From positions 6,634,001 to 6,698,000 of the forward strand of contig JAWMAR010000028.1 of the NCBI GenBank assembly GCA_036785375.1: 64,000 bases of DNA, given 5' to 3'. Origin of the DNA: Leucoraja ocellata (taxonomy: Eukaryota). The position numbers and the translations under genes were made by a program. The first letter of the stretch is position 1; every line of letters starts with the position of its first letter. Under the pieces are notes generated by a model. The model searched no databases, had not been told where the DNA came from, and saw nothing but the letters and a program-made list of their open reading frames with translations. Positions 25,464 through 64,000 of this stretch are shown here, piece by piece.

Positions 25464-25781
25464 TTTAGTTTAGCTTAGAGATACATCATGGAAACATGCC
25501 CTTCGGCCCATGCCGACCACTGATCCCCAATTGACATTGGCTCTACCTTATCCCACCATCTCATCCACTCTCTACATACTTGGGGGAATTTACAGAAGGC
25601 AATTAACCCTCACATCTTGGGGATGTGGGAGGAAACAGAAGCACCCAGAGGAAACCAACGGGGTTGCAGTGAGAACATGCAAACTCCACACACAGACAGC
25701 AACAGAGATCAGGATCATACCTGGGTCTCTGGTACTAATGTATGTGGCAGCAAATCTACCAGCTGCGCCACTGTGCTGCCC
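25464..25781 (-). mobile_element. HE1-like SINE
   Basis: Family homology. Confidence 0.8.
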
Positions 25782-27673
25782 AAAATGGAGCCAGACCACA
25801 AGCACAGCATTTACAATTGGTGAGGAACAAATGTCCAAGGGCAACTGTGCTAAGAAACTGAATAGGGAGGAAGAAGGCAGATGTTTGTGTGGCTAGGGGC
25901 ACAAATCCAGAAAGGTGTATTGCCGCTCTGCTGCCAAAGACAAGGCTGAACAGTTGCAGAGCATGGTAAACAGCAGCGGTAAACAGCCAGCGGCCATGGT
26001 ACATTTAGGTACTCATGCTATTGTGAAAAAAGAAAGTCTGAAGAACAGGAACTTGTGCCAGGTTCCTGCCACAGCAGCACACTGTCCAAGTGGATGTTTT
26101 TTTTCTAAAAGCATAGCCGACTCAAAAAGGCAGCCAGCATCACACCATCCTGCCCACACTAATTTCACTCCTGCCATCGGGAAGGTGGTATCAGAGCATG
26201 AAAACTAATTTCACCTATTCCTTCTCTTCAGAGATGCTGCCTCACCTGCTGAGTTACTCCAGCATTTTGTCTCGACCTCCAGGTTTAGCAGCAGCTTCTT
26301 GCCTACAACCATCAGGCTATTAAACACTACCACCTACAAATAGGCCCTGCATGATATAGACTTGGTGGCATTATTTTTGACTTTGCACTATTATCTCTAT
26401 CTATTGAACTTCTATTGTAGTTTATTAAGGTGCTTACAGAGTACTATGTTTACATATCTGTTGTGCTGCTACAGTTAAGAATTCATTGTTCGGTTTCAGG
26501 ACATTTGAAAATGAAACACCCTTGACTCTTGAGTGTGTACCCGAGTGTATGGAGAGGAGAAACAAGAGCGTTAGGAAGAGTAGCATTCCTTGGGCCACCA
26601 GCACATGCCCAGAATTTTGTTTGTCATTCATTCTCCAACATAACCTTGTTAATGTTGTTGCCTATTTTTCGACAATAGTACCCATTGATCAGAACGGTAG
26701 AATTGGCAAATCAGTCATTGATCCGTTTTCTAAATGATGAATATCCATAATTAAAATCAACATCCAAAGAATAATTAAATATGATTTTATTTGACAATAA
26801 AATTGTCAAATTTCCCAAAACAATTATTATAAATATTGTACGACAAAGAACGTCACGTGGATAGTTAAATGTTGCAAAAGCCACACGTTCTGAATTTATT
26901 ATGACAATACATTTTTTGCTTATTTAAAGATTGGTGGATGTAACCCAATAGTAACAAGATCCCATCGATAAAGAAGATAAAGCATCATTTTCATCTTGCA
27001 CAAAATATAACTTAAAAATGGACTTCAGAACCCTAGAACAGCAGTTCATAATAGTCACATTTCAAAAGATAACTACCCTCCCCCACATATAGAAAGAAGA
27101 CCTTATACATTCATACAGCATGGAAACAGGCCCTTCTACCCAGCAAGCCCACACTAACCATCAACTACCATTTGGTCAACTAACCATCAACTAACCCTTA
27201 GTCAACCCCAATTTTTATTCTTCCACATTCCCATCACCTCTTAAAAATAGCGGAGTCAGGAGATATGGGGAAAAGGCAGGAACAGGGTACTGATAAGGGA
27301 TGATCAGCCATGATTACATTGACTGGCTGTGCTGGCTCAAAGGGCCGAATGGCCTACTCCTGCACCTATTGTCTAACTCTCAGTACATTCCAAGATATAC
27401 CTGCAACCTAGGGGCGATTTAGTGGCCAATTAACCTACCTACCTACCACTATGGGATGTAGATAGAAACCCACATGGGCAAAAAGGAGAAAGACAGAAAG
27501 AGAGGTCAGGATTGAACCCAAACCTCTGGCACAGCAAGGCAGGCAGCTCCAAATATTGCAGCACTCTCTTTTCTTAGTACAAGTGAAACCACTGAAACAT
27601 AGGTTAAATCTGTGATAACATCCAAACTGAAGTCACACAACTGTAGAACAATGAATAATATTGGACTGCAATA

Positions 27674-27988
27674 CAATAAAATCAGACAATAATGGACCAT
27701 GGTGGGGCTGATGTCTGTTATTGCCGATTAACCCATGTTTGTGAGGGCAGATACGCCAGGAGGGAATGTACAGGTTGGCCCCACACGCGGCACGCCAGTG
27801 GACGGGCCCAGTACACACGCAGCCTTCATGCTGCTGCCTCCCTATGCTCCCACAACCGAAGCTCCCGCTACGCGACACCAGCTCTTTGGGAAACTGGCGG
27901 AAGGGGGTGGGGGCTTTTTCCATGGGAACCTCGGTCTGCTATAACTGAAATCCGCTATATAGAGGTCCGTTATTGTGAGGGTTTACTG
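27674..27988. mobile_element. Degenerate Tigger-like MITE
   Basis: TA flanks; imperfect TIR CAATAAAATCAGACAATAATGGACC versus CAGTAAACCCTCACAATAACGGACC. Confidence 0.55.
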
Positions 27989-28285
27989 TATATATTGCAA
28001 GCTCAGCAGATTAGGATCACTGTAAAAGACATGGAAATTATGCATAAAACAGTCCAGATCAAATTACAAATCATTAGTATAATTTTAAACTCTTCATAAA
28101 GCATACAACATATGCAGTGATGCCATATCATTGTTCATTCATGAATATGAGCAATAACTCATGTGCTGCATTTCCCCCAACTTGCGTTGTTCCTTCATTT
28201 AACATGATATTTTAATTATTGCTACAGGAAGGGTTTTAATAACTGATTATCTTGACAGTGCCTTATATACTATAACGAGCGGCAA

Positions 28286-28291
28286 TTTATT
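28286..28291 (-). terminator. Candidate UAP1 polyadenylation signal AATAAA
   Basis: tttatt on + about 315 nt after the stop codon, in an AT-rich stretch with no recognisable TE; ATTAAA variants follow near 28235 and 28211. Confidence 0.55.
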
Positions 28292-28605
28292 TAAAAAAAT
28301 GTAAAATAATATTTTAGATCTACAAAAACCGTACCCCGAAACAAATGTTATTCTTTTCAACAAACAATCCCGTTTCCGTAATAATGCATGTAATGATTTA
28401 AATACCGAAAACTAAAATAGTTTACTAAAATTTTCTTTCAAAGAAAATAATTTGTTTAAAATAATTTAAGAAATTCAGATAAAACTATGTCTTGTAATGT
28501 TGAACAATGTACAAATGGTTCTAACTGGATTTTGTCCCAAAGTTTAATTCCTGTACAATGATATCTTCAAAAGGAACTTCAGTCTGCTGGTAGTCTTCAC
28601 GCATT

Positions 28606-58035
<29,430 letters not shown>

Positions 58036-58799
58036 TGCTGCCGCGGCCGAGCGGCTGGCCGCGAGTGATGAGTGAAGGGAGGTGGGGCGGCCAGAACCAA
58101 TGGGCGCATGCTCCAGAGACCCCGCCCTCTCCCGGTTCTAGCCAATGGGCGCGCCTCCCTGGGAAACCGCCGACCAATGGGAGCGCGCACAAATTACTGG
58201 CCAATAAGTGCCCGTTGCTGAGGGACCGCCAGCCAATAGCAGCGTGTGCTCCAGAGACCGCCGACCAATGGGTGAAGAAACCGGTTCTGGCCAATGGGGG
58301 CGCGAGGTGTGCGGCTGAAAGCCAATGGGAATGCGGCCCCTGGAGAACGAGCCAATGGGAGCGCGGTGCGGAGAGGTCTGTGAGCCATTGGGAGCGCGCA
58401 CCAATGCTGGCCAATGAATGCGCGGTGCCAAGAGACCGCCAGCCAATCGACGCGTTCCTCAGAGAGACCTCGAACCAATGGGTGCGCGTTCCAAGCGACT
58501 GCTCGCGGGGGGAGAGAGAGAGAGCGAGAAAAAAGCGCGCGAGCGAGCGAGCCGGCCGGCGGAATACTCCCCGCTGCAAGAAATATTAGCCAAAAACTTG
58601 GAGTTTTTTTAGGGGGAAAAGCCCCGATGTTGGTCGGATAACAAAGCCGACGATCCTCCGCTGCCGTAGGTAGGCCTGGCGGGATGGCAGAGCTGAGGAG
58701 GCGCTGAGGGCCCGGCTCCCGCCACCTGCCACCTGCCACGTGCGGGGCATTTAAGGTGCCGGCATCAAAGTGAGAGGCGGCGGTGGGTGGGTTGTTCGT

Positions 58800-58960
58800 C
58801 GTCTCCTTCCTCCTCCGTCTACCTACCTTCCTCCTTCCCTCCCTCTCATCCCTTCGTCCCTCCTTTCCTCCCTCATTCCTCCTTCCTTCCCACCCCTATC
58901 CTCTCTCCCCATTCCCCCCTCCTTTCATCCGTCCCCTCTCCCTTCCTCCATCTCCGTCCC
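58800..58960 (+). repeat. Pyrimidine-rich (C/T) low-complexity tract upstream of the UAP1 promoter
   Basis: Read directly from the sequence. Confidence 0.85.
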
Positions 58961-59989
58961 CGATTAAGAATAATGAGTAAGCCATTTAGAACGGAGGCGA
59001 GGAAACACTTTTTCTCAGAGAGTGGTGAGTCTCTGGAATTGGCTGGATGCTTTCAACAGAGAGCTAGATAAGGGCCCTTAAAGATAGCAGAGTAATGGGG
59101 ATATGGGGAGAAGGCAGGAACGGGGTACTGATTGGGGTGTTCAGCCATGATCACATTGAATGGCGATGCTGGCTCGAAGGGCCGAATGGCCTACTCCTGC
59201 ACCTATTGTCTATTGACTCCTTCGTCCCTTCCCTCCTTCATTATCTTCCTTCCAAATTGCCTCCAGCTTTCCCTCAGATTCAGATTCAATTTTCCCCCTC
59301 CCGCCTCCCCCTCACAGATTGGCGGTCCTGCCTGGACACTGACAGGCTACCTGTCAGTTTACAGAGGAAACCGATAAAACCATAAGTTCGTAAGATAGGA
59401 GCACGATTATGGAGTATACTCCTGCATTTAATCCTGGCTGATCCATCTTTCCCTCTCAACCCCATTCTCCTGCCTTCTCCCCATAATTGTTATTAATCAA
59501 GAACCTGTCAATCTCTGTTTTGAAAATACCCAATGACTTGGCCTCCGTCTGTGGTAAAGAGTTCCACAGATTCACCATGTGGCAAAAAAGAATTGAGACA
59601 CGGTTGTTGGTTGACAAACAATTAGCACACACAGGAAAGGTTGAGAAGGTTATGTGCCACACACGAGTGAATGAGGCATCTTGGGCAGCATGAACGAGTT
59701 AGGCCGAAGGGCCTGTTTCCGTGTGTCATGGTAACTGACATATTTAATTATAATCGTGTTACTGTGAGTCAGAAAAGGCGAAGGACACATGTTGCTGGGA
59801 TGTAAAGGAATGGAGAAGAAATAAAAACACAGCATGTCTGTTTTGTGTCCTTGGAATATGTTTATTATATTCGGATCAAGGCAAGGATCTGACATTGGCA
59901 TGAGCATGAACTAGTAATTGTTTACTTCAGCTTTTGAAGCAGATATGGCGTTTAATGAAGCAGCTAGAATTAGAAGTTTGAATTCATTC

Positions 59990-62600
59990 CACCCGAGTGG
60001 AGAGCGAGTATAGTGAGTGCAAGGTGGGGAGCATGGTCAGTGGAATTTGATGCCAATGCAGACAGGATAGGACTTTATTGAAGGAGCAACATCGGTACAG
60101 CTCGCCCGAGAGCATCGTTATCGTACAGCGCTGGAGCTTCAGTTCGGGAGACTTTCAAGACTCTTCCAGCGACACAAGGAAAAGAGAATTATGTGATGGC
60201 TGTTGCTGCTTTGATTATGCTACGTTTCAACAACATGTATTCTGCCAGATGACACAGAGAGGGGGGAAAGCATTGCTCAGTTTGTCGCAAGATAGCATCA
60301 AGTTTCTGAGATCTGTGACTATGGAGCTTAGTTGAATCAAATCAGGTTGTACAAAGTTGCAAATCAAATGGCTTGAGACGCAAGTTGTTGGATAAAGGTG
60401 ACATGCTAACTTTAACGGAAACACAGTCAATTGCCACTTTATTTGAAGTCCTGAAAACCCAGTTTGATGAGATTGAAAGGAGGAAGCCATGATATCTTAT
60501 GGCACTAAGAAGATACATGGACATGGTGAGGGTCATTCTGAAGCTGAAGATGACTGAGTGTTTTAGATGTGGGAACTTTGTACAGTTTGCCAAGGATTCA
60601 TGCAGCCCTGCCACGGGTCAAACTTGCAGAAAGTGTGGGAAAAAAAGACCATTTTAGATTAGATTAGATTAGATTCAACTTTATTGTCATTGCACAAATA
60701 CGAGTACAGGTACAACAAAATGCAGTTTAGCATCTAATCAGGGTGCAAGGTAGTAAAAATACTGGTTAAAACAATATGTACAATGTGGATGAATTAAACT
60801 AGTACATAGGCAAATAAATATATACAGATAAAAAGAGTATAAAAGATAACTAGCGTCGGGCCTGTGAGTTCAGCAGGGTAATGGTATTTTGGAAAAAGCT
60901 GTTCCTCAGCCTGCTTGTGCGAGACCTGAGGCTCCTGTACCGCCTCCCTCATGGGAGGAGGGCAAATAGTCCATGGTTAGGGTGAGAGGGGTCCTTAATG
61001 ATTTTCCCGGCCCGTTTCAGACACCGTTTGCGGTGGAGGGCATCCATGGCAGGGAGCGGGGCACCGATGATGTGCTGAGCGGTTTTCACCACCCGTTGCA
61101 GTACCTTCCTGTCGGCTGTTGTGCAGCTGCTGTACCATACCGTGAAGCAGGTGGTCAGGATTCTTTCAATGGTACAGCGGTAGAAGTTGGACAGGATCTG
61201 GGGGGAGCAGGTGAACTTTCTTAAGCCTCCTCAGAAAGTAGAGGCTGCTGCGCCTTTTTGATCAGTTTGGTGGTATTGAGGGACCAGGACAAATCCTCTG
61301 AGATATGTACCCCGAGGAATTTGTAGTTGGAGACGCGCTCCACCTCAGTCCCGTTTATGTGGAAGGGGGTATGTCTGCCACCTCTGGTCTTCCTGAAGTC
61401 TACGATGATTTCCTTCGTCTTCTTTGAGTTGAGGACGAGGTTATTATTGGTACACCAGTCTGCCAGGTTCTGGACCTCCTCCCTGTAGGCTGATTCGTTA
61501 TTGTCCCTGATCAGTCCTACCACCGTGGTGTCATCGGCGAATTTTATGATGGTTTTGGAGCCATACATAGGGACGCAGTCATGGGTGAAGAGGGAGCAGA
61601 GGAGAGGGCTGAGCACATGGCCCTGTGTTCAGTGTCAGAGTGGAAGAGGTGAGGTTGTTGATCCTAACAGACTGGGGTCTGTTGGTGAGGAAATTCAGTG
61701 TCCAATTGCAGAGGGAGGTGGTGATGCCAAGTCCGCTGAGTTTGGTGATCAAACTGGCGGGGATGACAGTATTAAATGCGGAGCTGAAGTGGATGAACAA
61801 TAACCTGATGTAGGAGTTGTTATTGTCCAGGTGGGTCAGGGCAGAGTGTAGGGCCGCAGATATGGCGTCCTCTGGGCCGGTAGGCAAACTGATGGGGGTC
61901 CAGTGTGGGAGGGAGGCTGGATTTGAGGTGAGCCAAGATCAGTCGCTCAAAGCACTTCGCGATGACAGGGGTTAATGCCACTGGGCGAAAGTCATTGAGA
62001 CTCTGTGAAGCTGACTGTTTGGGCACTGGCACAATGGTTGAGGTCTTGAGGCAAGTAGAGACGACACCCTGGGCCAGTGACAGAATGAAAATGTCAGTGA
62101 AGACCAGTTGCAAAGAAGTGTCGAGCCCTATGCAAACCAAAAAGAGATGATGGACAAGCAAATAGATTTGGAGAAAGAAGGAGGGAGAGGTGGATACTAT
62201 CAAAATTAACGCCATGTTGATGAATGTTCGAGATAATGTAAATGAGATGAAACGCTGATAGATGCAGGATATGCTTTTGCTATCAACAATAAGCATGTAA
62301 AGATGCCAGTAAGAATTGGTGTGGAAGTAGATATTATATTAGTCTCCAGTAGTGAGAGCAATGCTATTAATAGAGCACTGCGGGAAGACCTAAAAACCGA
62401 ATAAGATAAAGTGCACTTCAAGGACGTGTGAGAAGAAATTGTATCCCTAAACATCATTGAAACAACTTCAGAGGGTTGGATGTTCAAGGCGGAGGTCCAA
62501 GCTGGTGATAAGCACACTGTCTGAATTTACAGTCGAGGAGAAAGGAGAGCCACTCAGAGGTAGAGAGACTGCCCAAGCATTAGATATGCTGTACATTGGG
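59990..62600 (+). mobile_element. Decayed Gypsy LTR-retrotransposon gag/protease remnant, split by a LINE
   Basis: ECFRCG...PATGQTCRKCGKK ends at 60655 and resumes AKKCR at 62110, rebuilding a CCHC knuckle; protease-like GEPLRGRETAQALDMLYIG near 62545-62600. Confidence 0.75.
60656..62109 (-). mobile_element. 5'-truncated Rex1/Babar-like LINE (RT region plus 3' tail)
   Basis: [68 protein letters not shown] with frameshifts; AATAAA plus (AATCT)n tail at 60654-60685. Confidence 0.9.
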
Positions 62601-62656
62601 ATAAATTTATTGTCTCGTGTACCGAGATACAGTGAAGAGCTTTTATTGCATGCTAA

Positions 62657-62937
62657 CCTGGAGAAACTCAGCGGGTGAGGCAGCATCTATGGAGCAAAGG
62701 ATTAGGTGATGTTTCGGGCCAAGTCCCTTCTTCAGACTGATGTGGTGTGGCGGGGGGAGAAGAAGAATGAAAGAGGCGGACACAGTGGGCTGTAGGAGAG
62801 CTGGGAAGGGGAGTGGAAAGAGGGAGAAAGCAAGGACTACCTGAAATTGGAGGTCAATGTTCATATCGCTGGGGTGTAAACTACCCAAGTGTAATGGGTG
62901 CTGCTCCTCCAACTTGCGGTGGGACTCGCTCTGGCCA
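62657..62937 (-). mobile_element. Penelope-like element 3' remnant
   Basis: EEQH..LGSLHPSDMNID (GIY-YIG end), then a pseudo-LTR with CTGAAGAAGGG...CCCGAAAC at 62711-62735. Confidence 0.75.
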
Positions 62938-63423
62938 TTAGGCTGTGGGCCGAGGAGCTTATTCGTTTAGTTTCGTGACCCAACTCACAGAACTACCTGA
63001 ATTTTTAACATATAGTATAAAAATATTATATAAATCATACCTGAAACTCGCCAAGACCAAAACCTGCACATTTTTAAGAAATATGAGAAAAACCTCAAAT
63101 TTTCTTAGTAGTAATTGCCCAATCAATGCGCGTTTGACATTGAGGTCAGGCGCAAGCCCGCGCTTTGTTTTATGGTCACTACGCAGCGAGGACGCTGGGA
63201 TCATGGCTGCCTCCTCATCAAATCAATAGCAAGGTTTCCAAGGATAAAGGTAATGCTAACCTTGCTGATAATTTTGTTTTTCATTTGATTTATCTTTATA
63301 ATGTTATAGTGTGTACTGGTAAATAAAAATGATAAATAACAAATGTAGAGCTAGGGTTAGGATTAGGGTCAGTTTGTTTGTCAATCTGTCAGTTGGGCCA
63401 TCGGTGAGCATTGAGCCAGGCCT

Positions 63424-63493
63424 CCGCCGGGAGGTGAGGGTTGGGCCGCCGGGAAATGAGGGTTGGGCCGCCGGGAGGTGAGCGTTGAGGCCG
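63424..63493 (+). repeat. 22-bp tandem repeat, about 3 copies (CGCCGGGAGGTGAGGGTTGGGC)
   Basis: Read directly; abuts the Gypsy RT fragment. Confidence 0.8.
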
Positions 63494-63596
63494 TCTTAGG
63501 GACATCACGGGATGTACCAGAATCTGAATATACCCACGGACCAGGTCAACCTTCGAAAAGAAGGTAGCGCCCTCCAAATGAGCCGAGAAATCTTGG

Positions 63597-63632
63597 AGGT
63601 CTGAAGAAGGGTTTCGACCCGAAACGTTGCCT
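63597..63632 (+). ncRNA. Putative minimal type I hammerhead ribozyme in a Penelope-derived repeat
   Basis: AGGU CUGAAGA A GGGU-UUCG-ACCC GAAAC GUU GCCU: core boxes, stem II with UUCG loop, palindromic ACGU stem III, short stem I. Confidence 0.6.
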
Positions 63633-63729
63633 ATTTCCTTCGCTCCATAGATGCTGCTGCACCCGCTGAGTCTCTCCAGCATTTTTGTGTACCTACGATT
63701 TTCCTGCATCTGCAGTTCCTTCTTAACCA
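63598..63729 (+). mobile_element. Penelope-derived short element
   Basis: 14-bp TSD CGAGAAAT(C/T)TTGGA at 63584-63597 and 63730-63743, inside the Gypsy RT. Confidence 0.85.
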
Positions 63730-64000
63730 CGAGAAATTTTGGATGTTCGGGACTGGGTACCGATCTGCTGTGGTTACCGCGTTTAAACGCCTGTAATCAT
63801 CGCAAGGTCTCCATCCCCCGGATGCTTTGGAAACCATAAGCAGAGAGGAAGCCCAAGGGCTATCCGACCGCCGGACAATCCCCATGTGTTCCATAAGCTG
63901 GAACTCGTCTCGTGCGATGCGCAGTTTACTGGGCGGGAGGCGGCGCGCACGGGCGTGAACCGGTGGGCCCTCGGTGGGAATGTGGTGGACCACGCCATGA

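Larger units (their letters stand above)
63490..64000 (-). mobile_element. Gypsy reverse-transcriptase fragment interrupted by a Penelope-derived element
   Basis: [19 protein letters not shown]...SPWAS...[25 protein letters not shown], then DFSAHLEGATFFSKVDLVRGY; runs off the window edge. Confidence 0.9.

Noticed and set aside
58097-58479. CRISPR-like array of short repeats with variable spacers
   Set aside because: The repeats are only 5-10 bp CCAAT motifs, the spacers are related to each other, there are no cas genes and the context is a vertebrate promoter
58097-58490. Canonical ER stress element CCAAT-N9-CCACG
   Set aside because: No CCACG occurs within the array at the required spacing
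61221-62296. Functional reverse transcriptase gene
   Set aside because: 5'-truncated LINE with frameshifts and a deletion around the PQG motif
63350-63370. Interstitial telomeric repeat
   Set aside because: Only about three imperfect TTAGGG-like units, too short to support

Overview
Eukaryotic, TE-rich vertebrate DNA. The repeat content (HE1/V-SINE-like tRNA-derived SINEs, CR1 LINE fragments, Penelope-like repeats) points to a cartilaginous fish, probably a skate or ray; this is an inference. The window holds one complete protein-coding gene, UAP1 (UDP-N-acetylhexosamine pyrophosphorylase), on the minus strand. It has 10 coding exons between 58035 and 28606, giving 527 aa with a 48-nt AGX2-type cassette exon and 511 aa without it. 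Its CpG-island promoter carries 13 phased CCAAT boxes. About 16 kb downstream lies a well-bounded non-coding exon that is probably a DDR2 5'UTR exon. The rest is nested transposable elements: SINEs, CR1, Rex1/Babar and Tx1 LINE pieces, Gypsy remnants, a full-length Tc1 element, MITEs and Helitron-like elements. The most striking observation is two copies of a 135-bp retroelement in UAP1 intron 2. Each has a target-site duplication (TSD) and an (AAG)n tail, and its first 54 nt fold by eye into a complete minimal HDV/CPEB3-like ribozyme; one copy is sense to the UAP1 pre-mRNA. A second, abundant family of short Penelope-derived elements carries minimal hammerhead ribozyme cores. All folds and homologies were read by eye or recalled, not computed. 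Repeat boundaries without a stated TSD or terminal inverted repeat (TIR) are approximate.
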